Under the pieces are notes generated by a model. It was not told where the DNA came from and searched no databases. It worked only from the letters and a program-made list of their open reading frames with translations. Positions 26,678 to 36,305 of a DNA stretch of 64,000 bases are shown here, piece after piece; positions within the stretch are counted from its first letter, which is position 1; each line of letters begins with the position of its first letter. The position numbers and the translations under genes are program-made. Source of the stretch: Gemmataceae bacterium. GTDB lineage: Bacteria > Planctomycetota > Planctomycetia > Gemmatales > HRBIN36. The DNA lies in contig PSKW01000005.1 in NCBI GenBank assembly GCA_040289265.1, positions 15,343 through 79,342 of the forward strand. The letters run 5' to 3'.

Positions 26678-28357
26678 ATGACCGAGCAGGCGCCACACGG
26701 GTATGCGGAGCAAGCCGCGGTATTGCCTCACGTTCTGCGGGGAGGCAGGACCGGACAAGCGGCGCTGGCTGCGCTCGGTCGCTGTGCCGAACGCCGATGG
26801 ACATTTTGGCTGGTCTTGTCGCTGCCGACACCGCTTTTGCTTCTGGGTGCGCTGGCGCTGGACTCGTGGGGAGACGAGTGTTTCTATGCCTGGGGAGGCT
26901 ACCGGCAGGTAGTCCAAGGACGTTGGCTCTACGAAGCGGACAATCCGGGCATTTATCCGCCTGGCGCGTACCTATGGTGGGCACCGGTCCAGGCGCTGGT
27001 CGGTCCCAGCTTGGCAGCACTGCGCGCACAAGGGGTCGGCACGGCACTGGCGTTGATCGCGGTCCTGTACCACATGACCCGGAGGCGGGTTTCGGCCCGT
27101 GCTGCCACGATCGCCATCGTTATTCTGGCGACCAGTCTGTCCCTCACGCCTTGGTTGGCCACCGGAACCCCTTATGCTCTGTGCAATCTGTTGGGAGTAT
27201 TGGCACTGATGCTGGCGTCGGAGACGCGATCCGTTGGGGTGTGTGTCTCTGGCACGCTTGCCGGATTGCTGGCGCTGACCCGGCACAACGCAGCCCTGGG
27301 AGTTGTAGGCGGGTGCGCGGCTACGCTCCTCGCCCGACGAGGGACAGGGCGCGACTGGCTGTGCCTGGCCCTCGGCGTGGCCGTAGCCATCGCTTCGGGT
27401 CTGGCCTGCTTTTGGCCCGGTATTGCCCATGTGTGGCCCAATCCTCCCTGGATTTATTTGCCGTCGAGTTATGCCCCGTTCGCCAAGCCGGGATGGAGCT
27501 GGGAAGAGTTGGCCGCGCAATTGGTGCGTTTACTGCGCTGTTACGGCCACGGGATGCTGCTGTTGGTCGTGCCCTGGGTAACATCGCCGGGCTGCATGCG
27601 CGAACTACCTCGAGCTGCTCGTGCCCGTCCTTTGGAGTTCGGGCTAGCCGTATGGCTGGGACTGACCGTACTGGTGCATACGCTCGGTCCGCTCTGGTTT
27701 GCGCCGGGGCTGATCGCCATGTATTGGTTGTATGCGATAGCGCCGGCGTGCATCCTGGCAGGTGCTGGCTGGGACCGTTTTTTGCGAAGCCGTGGGGAGC
27801 GGATGGCTTGGGCGCGGTGGGCCCTCTTGGCCGTGCTGTTGCTCCTCGGGCTGTTCGGCCGCTTGCCCAGTAAGTGGCACTGGCAAGGCACAGAGCCAGC
27901 CTGGGCGCATTGGTATCGTGTAGCCGATTGGGTGGCCGAGCACATACCGCCTGGGGAACGCGTTTATCCCATTACCTGGGCGCGTCCGCACCCGCTTTTT
28001 TTGGCTCAGCGCGACATCGTACCACAGCTGGAAAACGCTCCGTTCAGCTTTACGCCGACGACAGAGCATCCGCCGGCCTATGGGTTTTATACCGGCGGGC
28101 AGGCCCTGGCTTGGCTGCGTAGCAGCCGGTATGTGTTGGTCAGTGACGAAGCGATAAGCGGCTGGCGTCGGCATTTTCCCGAACACTTGGCGACGCTGGA
28201 AGCAGTGCTGGCCCGGCTGTTCGTGCTCGAGGCTGCCTGGTACGGGCCAACTCCTGGGGAAAACTACCGCATCTACCGGCGAGCGGACTTTTTCGCTCCA
28301 GTGTCTGCATCCCAGGGCGACGCCGGTAGACCTGCCGAACTCTTCCCGAGGCATTGA
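26678..28357 (+). CDS. GT-C fold polytopic membrane glycosyltransferase (PMT_2/ArnT-like)
   Basis: Inside ORF 26498..28357. ATG 26678 follows GAAGGA. More than 10 hydrophobic segments. An acidic motif sits in the first loop (LDSWGDECFYAWGGY). C-terminal soluble domain. Confidence 0.65.
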   Translation: MTEQAPHGYAEQAAVLPHVLRGGRTGQAALAALGRCAERRWTFWLVLSLPTPLLLLGALALDSWGDECFYAWGGYRQVVQGRWLYEADNPGIYPPGAYLWWAPVQALVGPSLAALRAQGVGTALALIAVLYHMTRRRVSARAATIAIVILATSLSLTPWLATGTPYALCNLLGVLALMLASETRSVGVCVSGTLAGLLALTRHNAALGVVGGCAATLLARRGTGRDWLCLALGVAVAIASGLACFWPGIAHVWPNPPWIYLPSSYAPFAKPGWSWEELAAQLVRLLRCYGHGMLLLVVPWVTSPGCMRELPRAARARPLEFGLAVWLGLTVLVHTLGPLWFAPGLIAMYWLYAIAPACILAGAGWDRFLRSRGERMAWARWALLAVLLLLGLFGRLPSKWHWQGTEPAWAHWYRVADWVAEHIPPGERVYPITWARPHPLFLAQRDIVPQLENAPFSFTPTTEHPPAYGFYTGGQALAWLRSSRYVLVSDEAISGWRRHFPEHLATLEAVLARLFVLEAAWYGPTPGENYRIYRRADFFAPVSASQGDAGRPAELFPRH

Positions 28358-28385
28358 CCTACGACGTACAAAGGCGACGGATCGC

Positions 28386-30839
28386 ATGGACGAGCGCTTG
28401 TCGGCAACGGAAACGACGGATCCTATCGGCAGACGCGGCGAATTGCTATGGGAGTTCGTCATCTGGGCAGGCCTCTGTTCGTTCAGTCCTTTGCTTTTGC
28501 ACTGGGAGGGATATTCGCTCTTGGGCGGAGACGCCTTGGCATCCAATCTACCGTTGCGCTATGCCGCGGTCCGCCAGTGGTTGCAGGGGCGCGTGCCATT
28601 GTGGACTGCCGATGTGGGTGCAGGCGTGCCGCTCTGGGCAGACGGGGTGAGTTTGCCGCTGGATCCGCGCAACGGACTGTATGCGCTGCTGCCGCCGGTG
28701 TGGGCTTATACGCTCGGATTGGTCCTTGCCAAGGTTCTCGGCGGCTGGGCGACGCTCAGTTATCTGCGCTTGCGACACGGTCTGAGCATGTGGCCGCGGC
28801 TGATGGCGGCGACGGTGTACCATTTCGGTACGGTACAACTCTCGGAACACTCGTTGCACGCCACGGGGCTGACGCTCGACTTTTTTCCGCTCGTCGTTTG
28901 GGCGAGTGAATGCTGGGGCAGTCGGGGCGAGCTCAAGGATGCTCTGGCATTGACCACCGTTTGGGTGTGGCTGCTGGCGGCCAGTTCGCTGGCTTATGCG
29001 CCTTTTGCGGCCGCGTTCGGGGCGATCTGGTGTGTGGCCCAAGCTTGGCAAGCCGGTCAGTGTTTTAGCGCGGTGGTCGTACGAGCAGCCGGATACTTCC
29101 TGTGCATCGCAGGGGCATGGGCGCTGCTCGGCGTGTACACGATACCCTTGGCCGAGGTTGTGCTGCACTCCAATCGCGGTGGGGAATACCTCGCGGATCT
29201 TTTCGCCGCACGGGGCTTGTGCTTTGCTCTGCTGGGACCCCAGCGCGCCGGAGGCTATTTTCCCGACCACACATGGTTCTTCTACATCGGATTGGCGAGT
29301 TGGCCTTTCATGTGGGCGGCTAGACACCGTGCCAAAAGGACCAGCCAGGCCCGCTTGGCACTCTGGCTGGCAGCCCCGGTGCTGATGGTCGTCATCGTGC
29401 TCAACACGCCGGTCAAGTCGTGGCTCGCCCAGTGGGTGCCGCTGCTGCAGACCGTACCAGCGTATCGGCTCGCCTTTTTGTGGGGCTTGGTCGCAGCGCT
29501 AGCCGTGGGACATGGTGCGGAACACTTGCGATCGGGTAGATGTTCTGGTGCCATCGTGTGCGCGGCAGTTCTGACCGGCATCCAGTTCGTGCTCGTGGGC
29601 GGATGGTTGTTGGCCAAGTTGTGCCGCGAGGTTTACCGCTACGAATCGCCGGAACTCTGTGCGCCCCTGTCCGACCTGCTGCGCCAGGCATTGCCGGGTG
29701 GGTTTGCTTTGCTGAGCAGCGTCAGACTGGCTACCTTGACCGGCACTGTGGCTTTTCTGTGGTGGCCTGCGCGATGCAAGCCCAGCCACATTGTGTTCTG
29801 GCTGTTGGCGGCGGAAATGGTGTGCACCTGGCACATGCTGTACCGGAGCAAGCCATACCAGGCCGTCTATCCGCTGACGCCCGAGGTCAGCTATTTGCGA
29901 CAGCATGGCTCGCCGGACTACCGCCTGGCAGTCTTACTGACGCCCCAGGGGGTGGAAACGGCAACAGACTTGGCCAGCGATGGGGTTCTTGCGCTCCATG
30001 CTGATGCGCCATTGGTTTATGGCTTAGCTACGGCGACGATCTACCACAGTTTGGTGCCTCAGCGGCTGAGCGATTACATGGAGGCCTTCGGGGATTTAGC
30101 AGAGCGGCGCCGGCGCTACCCGCGCGCACCCAATGCTATCCAGATGACCTCCCGATGGGATGCGCCTTTGTGGGACGGCCTGGCCGTGCGCTACTTGCTC
30201 AGCCGGCACGAATTACCCGATCATCCGCAGCTACGTCTGTGCCTTCGCGGCCGCTCCTATTTCGTTTATGAACGCGTTGCAGCGCTGCCCCGCGCCTACG
30301 TAGTCTATGCTGCACAAGGATTGTCGCGGCAGGCGCTACAGGAGCGACTACGCACGTGGCGCGTAGACTTTCGCCGATGCCTGCTCCTCGAAGTCCAGAC
30401 GGACCAGGCTGACCGAATACCAGGCGCCCAGGCATTTTTCGACGACAGTGTACAGCCGGTCATGCTTCCGGAAACGACCTGGCGGCCCGCCTCTATCGTC
30501 AGCGATCAGGGCTGTCGAATAGTTATCCATTGCCAGTTGGACAAGCCAGGCTGGTTGGTTTTAGCCGACCTGGACTATCCTGGATGGGAAGCGCAAGTCA
30601 ACGGTCAGCCCGTGCCTATTGGGCGCGCCTACGGACTGGCGCGCGCTGTCCAACTGCCGGCCGGGGACCATACAGTGGTGTTCGTTTACCGACCCGCCAC
30701 TTGGTATTGGGGAGCGAGCTTGAGTGCGTTATCATGGATTGCCTATGGCAGCATCTGGACGATGTGGCTGTGGCGACGTCGGCGCCGGATGCAGGCTTGT
30801 GCACACACTGCACAGGCAGGCTTTTCCGAGGCAGCCTGA
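28386..30839 (+). CDS. YfhO-like polytopic membrane protein (GT-C type glycosyltransferase)
   Basis: 817 aa. The N-terminal pattern GGDALASNLPLRYAAVRQWLQGRVPLWTADVGAGVPLW, many TM segments, and a large C-terminal extracytoplasmic domain ending in a final TM (YWGASLSALSWIAYGSIWTMWLW) match the YfhO architecture as I remember it. Confidence 0.65.
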   Translation: MDERLSATETTDPIGRRGELLWEFVIWAGLCSFSPLLLHWEGYSLLGGDALASNLPLRYAAVRQWLQGRVPLWTADVGAGVPLWADGVSLPLDPRNGLYALLPPVWAYTLGLVLAKVLGGWATLSYLRLRHGLSMWPRLMAATVYHFGTVQLSEHSLHATGLTLDFFPLVVWASECWGSRGELKDALALTTVWVWLLAASSLAYAPFAAAFGAIWCVAQAWQAGQCFSAVVVRAAGYFLCIAGAWALLGVYTIPLAEVVLHSNRGGEYLADLFAARGLCFALLGPQRAGGYFPDHTWFFYIGLASWPFMWAARHRAKRTSQARLALWLAAPVLMVVIVLNTPVKSWLAQWVPLLQTVPAYRLAFLWGLVAALAVGHGAEHLRSGRCSGAIVCAAVLTGIQFVLVGGWLLAKLCREVYRYESPELCAPLSDLLRQALPGGFALLSSVRLATLTGTVAFLWWPARCKPSHIVFWLLAAEMVCTWHMLYRSKPYQAVYPLTPEVSYLRQHGSPDYRLAVLLTPQGVETATDLASDGVLALHADAPLVYGLATATIYHSLVPQRLSDYMEAFGDLAERRRRYPRAPNAIQMTSRWDAPLWDGLAVRYLLSRHELPDHPQLRLCLRGRSYFVYERVAALPRAYVVYAAQGLSRQALQERLRTWRVDFRRCLLLEVQTDQADRIPGAQAFFDDSVQPVMLPETTWRPASIVSDQGCRIVIHCQLDKPGWLVLADLDYPGWEAQVNGQPVPIGRAYGLARAVQLPAGDHTVVFVYRPATWYWGASLSALSWIAYGSIWTMWLWRRRRRMQACAHTAQAGFSEAA

Positions 30840-30948
30840 AAAGTTCCCGGTACGAAGGATCGTCTGTTCGGACCGAAGACACAAGGCCCCGGCTCAGGAG
30901 CCAACCCGCGACGCCGCTAGACCTTGTGTCGCGTGAAAGGATGTCTCT

Positions 30949-32121
30949 ATGACAGGTGGTGGCAACATACCCGTGACCCGGCCAGCGACGGGCATGGAAG
31001 AGGCCCAGTTGATCGCGGACGTGTTGGCCAGCGGCTGGATCACTGGCGGCCCGCGCGTGGCGGCTTTCGAGCGAGCGGTCGCCGAATACACGGGAACCCG
31101 TTTTGCGATCGCGACCAGTTCCTGCACCACGGCGCTGCACGTGGCCCTACATGCTCTCGGCATCGGGCCGGGGGACGAGGTGGTAGTGCCGTCCTTGTCC
31201 TTTATCGCGACTGCCAATGCTGTACTGCACGCCGGCGCCAGGCCTGTGTTCGCCGACATCGAATTGGATACGTACAACGTCAGCGCCGAGACGATCGCTG
31301 CCGTACTCACCCCGCGCACCCGCGCCATCATGCCGGTGCATCAGATCGGCTTGCCCGTGGACCTGGATCCCATCGTCTCGTTGGCCGAGCGACATGGCTT
31401 GATCGTCTTGGAAGATGCTGCATGTGCATTGGGTACCGCCTACAAAGGCAGGCTCATAGGTGGCCACACCCGGTGTGCCTGTTTCAGTTTCCATCCGCGC
31501 AAGGTGATCACCACCGGCGAAGGCGGGATGATTACCACCAACGACGAGACACTGGCACGACGCGTGCGCACGCTGGTCAATCATGGCGCTTCCATGACCG
31601 AGCTGGAAAAACATGCTGCCCAGAAGCCGCTGCTCGTGGAATACCCCGTAGTGGGCTTCAACTATCGCATGAGCGATTTGCAAGGAGCTTGCGGATTGGC
31701 GCAGATGCAAAAACTGCCCGAGCTGTTGGCCCGGCGGCGGCTCCTGGCCCAACGCTATCGTCGCGCATTGCAGCATATCGAAGAAATCGTCTTGCCGGCC
31801 GAGCCAGCCTATGCCACGCCCACGTATCAGTCGTTCATGATTCGTTTGCGTCATGCCGATGCCGCCGGACGCATGCGCTTTCTCGAGGAACTCAAGCGGT
31901 CGGGTATAGGAGCCACACCGGGTGTCATGGCCATCCATCGTCAACCTTGTTACCAGTCTTTGTATCCCCATGCAGTATTGCCACGCACCGAGTGTGCCGC
32001 CGACACTACGGTGATCCTGCCTCTTTATCCAGCGATGACCGAGGCGGAACAGGATCGGGTGGTGCGAGCCGTCGAGCAGGCTTTGATCGGCGTGCGCGCA
32101 AGTTGGCGTGCCGCCGGATAG
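30949..32121 (+). CDS. DegT/DnrJ/EryC1/StrS family sugar aminotransferase (second copy)
   Basis: SCTTALHVALHALGIGPGDEVVVPSLSFIATANAV and the PLP-lysine context FSFHPRKVITTGEGGM. RBS AAAGGA. Confidence 0.88.
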   Translation: MTGGGNIPVTRPATGMEEAQLIADVLASGWITGGPRVAAFERAVAEYTGTRFAIATSSCTTALHVALHALGIGPGDEVVVPSLSFIATANAVLHAGARPVFADIELDTYNVSAETIAAVLTPRTRAIMPVHQIGLPVDLDPIVSLAERHGLIVLEDAACALGTAYKGRLIGGHTRCACFSFHPRKVITTGEGGMITTNDETLARRVRTLVNHGASMTELEKHAAQKPLLVEYPVVGFNYRMSDLQGACGLAQMQKLPELLARRRLLAQRYRRALQHIEEIVLPAEPAYATPTYQSFMIRLRHADAAGRMRFLEELKRSGIGATPGVMAIHRQPCYQSLYPHAVLPRTECAADTTVILPLYPAMTEAEQDRVVRAVEQALIGVRASWRAAG

Positions 32122-32272
32122 TGGAGGAATTACAACCAGCGCTCCGCGGCGGCACCAGATGTGGTCCCTAAATCCTAAGTGCATAAAGGCCCCCGACTTG
32201 GATGCTGCACGCTCCTGACCGGCACGGCGTGCCGCAACTTGGCCGTGGGGACTGTGTCGGGCCGAGCAGGAG

Positions 32273-33262
32273 TCAAGCTTGGGGACTGAGCAAAACGAGC
32301 AGTCGTTCCACTGCCAGTCGTGGGGATAGGCCGGAGCCACCTTTCATGGAAAAATCGGTCTCCAGAAGCCAGCGCGCTATGTGCAGAGCTCTGGGGCCCA
32401 AAGCGAGGACGTGTTTGTGGGCACGCGAGGCGAGAAAGGGGGGCACCCCGGCCCGTGCACAAGCCTGGAACCAGTCGAGTCCTCGACGCAGCCACCAGGC
32501 TGCCAGTCCTAGCTTGCGTGCTTGCCAGGCGATAGCGCCGAAAACGGCCTGTGCGTCTTCGCCTCGGTCCCAAAGATGCTGCAGCAGATCCAGGGCCTGC
32601 TGCACCTGGCCGGCACCGGCCAGCTCCAGGATACGCCAGATGGTTTCTACCCGACTGCGGGCCACCAGCCGATCTACATCTGCCGCGGCGATGCCGGGCT
32701 GGTCGCCGACGTAGGCTGCCAGTTTGGCCAGTTCTTGCTCCAGGGCGCCGCAGTCGGTACCGACCAACTCGACCAGCAGGGTCGCGGCATCCGCCGCCAA
32801 CTGCTTCTGGAAAAGGCGCTGTGCCCGCTGGCGCAGCCAGTGAGGCAGGGCGTCCATACCCGGCGATCGGCAAGCGATGGTGGCCGCTGCAGGCACCGCT
32901 CGTGCCAGCCGCGTTTGCTCTTTCCAGGTTTCCACTTCCAGCACCAGGACGTTGCTGCGATGGGGATGCTCGAGGTATTTTTCCAGAGCTTGCCGATGCC
33001 GCTGTACGAAAGCGTCGGCCTGGCGGACCACGACGACTTTTCTCGACGCCCAGAGCGGCAACGTAGCCAGATCGCGTAGGACCTCGGCCAGTTGGGCCTC
33101 GTCCCCGTCGTATACGTCCCAGCCGGAGGCGGCATCGGCCCCCAGCAATAGGGTCCGCAAATGGTCCAGCGCCAGGTGCCTGAGATACCGATCGGCGCCG
33201 TGGACGACGAAGACCGCGGCTGGAGGCACCTGCTCTAGCTCCAGAAAGCGGAACAATTCCAT
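32273..33262 (-). CDS. holA: DNA polymerase III subunit delta
   Basis: 329 aa. VFVVHGADRYL near the N-terminus, then LPLWASRKVVVVRQAD and the helical C-terminal domain, typical of HolA. Confidence 0.75.
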   Translation of the reverse strand: MELFRFLELEQVPPAAVFVVHGADRYLRHLALDHLRTLLLGADAASGWDVYDGDEAQLAEVLRDLATLPLWASRKVVVVRQADAFVQRHRQALEKYLEHPHRSNVLVLEVETWKEQTRLARAVPAAATIACRSPGMDALPHWLRQRAQRLFQKQLAADAATLLVELVGTDCGALEQELAKLAAYVGDQPGIAAADVDRLVARSRVETIWRILELAGAGQVQQALDLLQHLWDRGEDAQAVFGAIAWQARKLGLAAWWLRRGLDWFQACARAGVPPFLASRAHKHVLALGPRALHIARWLLETDFSMKGGSGLSPRLAVERLLVLLSPQA

Positions 33263-33578
33263 GCCTTACGTTCCTCCCTGTGACTACGCCCGGCACAACC
33301 AGCTCCCATCGTACACAGCGCACGCCCGCTATCGGCGCAGCAAGCACTACCGCCGGGGCACTGAACCGCCCTGCCCGGCCCGTTCTCGACTCATTGACGG
33401 TTTGCGTGCTTACCGATCCATTACCTAGTAGGACCGGTGTGCGCCGGGTTTCTGGCCGGAGGTTATCTTAGCTGGCGTGCAGGTAGGCACACCGGTGGAT
33501 GTGCGCGCGAGTGCGCCGCCGTCGTTTTGCTCGAGGAAACTCGAACGCAACTCGGGCACTTGTGAAGAAGATGCAACC

Positions 33579-35375
33579 ATGATTGTGCGCCGTGAGCGGC
33601 TGTGGCCTGAAGCCGGCGACGCTCCCGACCAGGAAGCAGGCGTCGGACCGTTGTCCGAAGAAACCTTGGCCCACCAGCAGCAACTCCTCCTGGAAGAGCA
33701 CCAGCGGCTCCACGAGATCTCGCAAAAACTGCAAGCAGAGCGGGAAAACTTGCAGCGCCAACTTTTGGTGCAGCAACAGAGTTGGCTCGAACAATCGAAA
33801 CATTTGGAAGAGCAAAAAGCCCAACTCGAACGCGCTCGTGCTGCTTTTCGCGAAGAGCAAGCGCAGGCCCGACAATACTGGCAAAAGCGCTGGGACGACG
33901 AATGGCAGCGTCTGGCGGACCAGGCACGTCTCGTCGAGTTGCAACGCAAGCAGGTGGATTACTTGCGACGTCAGAATCAGCAGCAGCTCGAGCAGGGACT
34001 TGCGCACCTCGAAGAACAGCGACGGCAATTCGAGCGAGAAAAGGCTGCCTGGCTCGAACTCAAGGGACGTCAGGAAAAAGAGTTGCACCAGTTGCGCGCC
34101 GAACTCGACGCACGCGCCCGCTCGCTGGCAGCTATCGAATCACAATTCCAGCAAAGGCACGCACAGCTCGTCACCGCCATCCAAGAAGCACGCACCGAAT
34201 TGCAGCGACTGCAATCGCGCACTGCGGCACATCGTCGCAAACTTGCCGAGCTGCAATCGGATGTCGCCGTGGCCGAACAACGGCTCGGCATGCAGGCGCT
34301 GGGTGCAGAAAGCCCGGCATTCTCCACGCCAGGCGCTGACAGCGAAACGCATACCCATACGCCAGCACCGGCAGTGCACACGAGCGCCGCTTCAGAAGGA
34401 GTGTCGGTGTCGCCTGGGCCGTCGCAGTTGCTGGAACAAGCCGAAAAGCTCGAAGATCTATGTCGCGCCCTGCTGGAACTGAAAGACGCCTGGCAGTGGG
34501 AATGGGATCGTTCGTGGGTCGAAGTGCGGCTGCGGGAAGAACAGATCAGGCAAAAGGAACAGGCACTAGCCGCTCGCGGATGCGAATTGGAGCGTAGCCA
34601 ACAGGCATTGGCACAGTGGCAGGCACGGCTTGACGAGCGCGAACGGGCCTGCACTGCCAAGGAGATCCGGCTGGAAATGCACATGGGCCGTTGGTCCGAG
34701 CGCCGGCGGCAGTGGCTCGGCCGACTGAGGGCACGACTGGCTCAAGCACGGGCCGTGCAAAAACAGTTCGCCACTTTGATCGCACAACATGCTGAAGAAT
34801 GGGCGCAAGAGCACCGTCGCTTGGCAGACGCCTGGGCGCAGGCCCTGCGCATGCACAACGTGGCCCAAAACGTTCGCGATCAATGCCGACGCGAGCTGGA
34901 TCGTTTGGCTGTATGCCACCGTGAACTGGTCGAACGGCACATGGCCCTCGATCAGATGCACGTGCGCCTGGCACTGAGTGCGCCCGATCCGGTCCAGATG
35001 GAGCGCGAGTTGCGACGGCGGCTGCGGCACTGGGCCAAAATCGCTCTGGCACCCCTGCGCTCCGTCGAGCAGCGGGAGCAGCAAATCGAACTGGATGCAC
35101 GGCTGATCGTCCACTGGCGCGAACAGCTGCAACTGCGCGAGGCCGAGCTAGAACGCTTGCGCACCCAGTGCGTGCACGAACGCAACCAGATCGCAGCCCT
35201 CCAGGCAGCTTGGAGCGCACAGCTCGCTCGCTTGCAACAACGTGCCGACGCCTGGCAACGAGAGCGATCTTCGCTGATCGGCCGTATCCAGGACCTGGAA
35301 GCCCAAGTGGACCGATTGGCGCTGCTGCTTACCCAGGACGATCCGCCACCGCCGGCACTGTCTTTAGCTGCCTGA
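33579..35375 (+). CDS. Long coiled-coil protein (598 aa), function unknown
   Basis: Inside ORF 33477..35375. Start ATG 33579 is uncertain. Heptad-like Q/E/R/L/A-rich sequence runs almost end to end (QKLQAERENLQRQLLVQQQSWLEQSKHLEEQKAQLERARAAFREEQ...). It is interrupted by a P/S/T/H-rich linker (STPGADSETHTHTPAPAVHTSAASEGVSVSPGPSQ). Confidence 0.7.
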   Translation: MIVRRERLWPEAGDAPDQEAGVGPLSEETLAHQQQLLLEEHQRLHEISQKLQAERENLQRQLLVQQQSWLEQSKHLEEQKAQLERARAAFREEQAQARQYWQKRWDDEWQRLADQARLVELQRKQVDYLRRQNQQQLEQGLAHLEEQRRQFEREKAAWLELKGRQEKELHQLRAELDARARSLAAIESQFQQRHAQLVTAIQEARTELQRLQSRTAAHRRKLAELQSDVAVAEQRLGMQALGAESPAFSTPGADSETHTHTPAPAVHTSAASEGVSVSPGPSQLLEQAEKLEDLCRALLELKDAWQWEWDRSWVEVRLREEQIRQKEQALAARGCELERSQQALAQWQARLDERERACTAKEIRLEMHMGRWSERRRQWLGRLRARLAQARAVQKQFATLIAQHAEEWAQEHRRLADAWAQALRMHNVAQNVRDQCRRELDRLAVCHRELVERHMALDQMHVRLALSAPDPVQMERELRRRLRHWAKIALAPLRSVEQREQQIELDARLIVHWREQLQLREAELERLRTQCVHERNQIAALQAAWSAQLARLQQRADAWQRERSSLIGRIQDLEAQVDRLALLLTQDDPPPPALSLAA

Positions 35376-36305
35376 GCCCGGTAAGGCCAGCGTGCCGACG
35401 ATTTCTTCGATTCGGCGCGCCCCCAACTGACTCAACGCTTGGGGGAGCTGCTCGGCAATACGTACGGATGCCAGCGGGTCGTAAAAGTGCGCAGTGCCTA
35501 CCTGGACGGCACGAGCTCCGGCGACCAAATACTCCATGGCATCGTCTATCGTAGCGATGCCGCCGACGCCGACGATGGGCGCTCGCAGAGCCTGGAAGAC
35601 TTCCCACACCAGTTTCAAAACCAAGGGCTTGATCGCCGGCCCACTCAGACCGCCGCTACCGTGAGCTAGCATAGGCCGACGTCTGCGCCAATCCACTGCT
35701 AGTCCTGGGAATGTGTTGGCAATGCATACGGCATCGGCCCCGGCAGCCAGCGCTGCCTCGGCTACGGGTACGATCCGAGTAACCGCTGGAGTCAATTTGG
35801 CCAACACCGGGCGGCTGAAGACGGCTCGCACACCCGCTACCACCCGTCGCGTCACATGAGGATCGGTGGCAAAATCCAAGCCGCCGCTGACATTGGGACA
35901 GGAGAGATTGAGCTCCAGTGCGGCCAATCCCTCCAGCCCGTCCAAACGGGCTGCCATGGCTATGAACTCGTCTACATCTTTGCCTGCAATGTTGACGATT
36001 ACCGCCGTCGGCAACGACCGCAGATAGGGCCAATGGTGGACGAGAAAGTGTTCCAGCCCATCGTTGTCCAGGCCGATCGCGTTCAAAAGCCCGCTGGCTG
36101 TCTCGACCGTGCGATACGGGGCGTTGCCCATACGCGGTCTGGCCGTGATCGTCTTGGGGATGATGGCACCGAGACGGGCAAAGTCCACGACGCCTGCCAG
36201 TTCGCGCGCGTAGCCGAACGTGCCGGATGCGGTCAGCACGGGATTGCGCACTGTCAGCCGACCCAAGGTCACCGCAAGACTTACAGTATCTTGTTCCGTG
36301 CCCAT
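35364..36305 (-). CDS. pyrD: Dihydroorotate dehydrogenase, class 1
   Basis: NPVLTASGTFGY, ELNLSCPNV (class-1 catalytic Cys), GGLSGPAIKP and VGVGGIATIDDAMEY. Confidence 0.9.
   Translation of the reverse strand: MGTEQDTVSLAVTLGRLTVRNPVLTASGTFGYARELAGVVDFARLGAIIPKTITARPRMGNAPYRTVETASGLLNAIGLDNDGLEHFLVHHWPYLRSLPTAVIVNIAGKDVDEFIAMAARLDGLEGLAALELNLSCPNVSGGLDFATDPHVTRRVVAGVRAVFSRPVLAKLTPAVTRIVPVAEAALAAGADAVCIANTFPGLAVDWRRRRPMLAHGSGGLSGPAIKPLVLKLVWEVFQALRAPIVGVGGIATIDDAMEYLVAGARAVQVGTAHFYDPLASVRIAEQLPQALSQLGARRIEEIVGTLALPGSGS

Noticed and set aside
32219-32234. Short hairpin CGGCAC-GGC-GTGCCG between the convergent DegT and holA genes, considered as a bidirectional terminator.
   Set aside because: The stem is only 6 bp with a 3-nt loop and no flanking U/A tracts. 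That is too weak to call as a feature.
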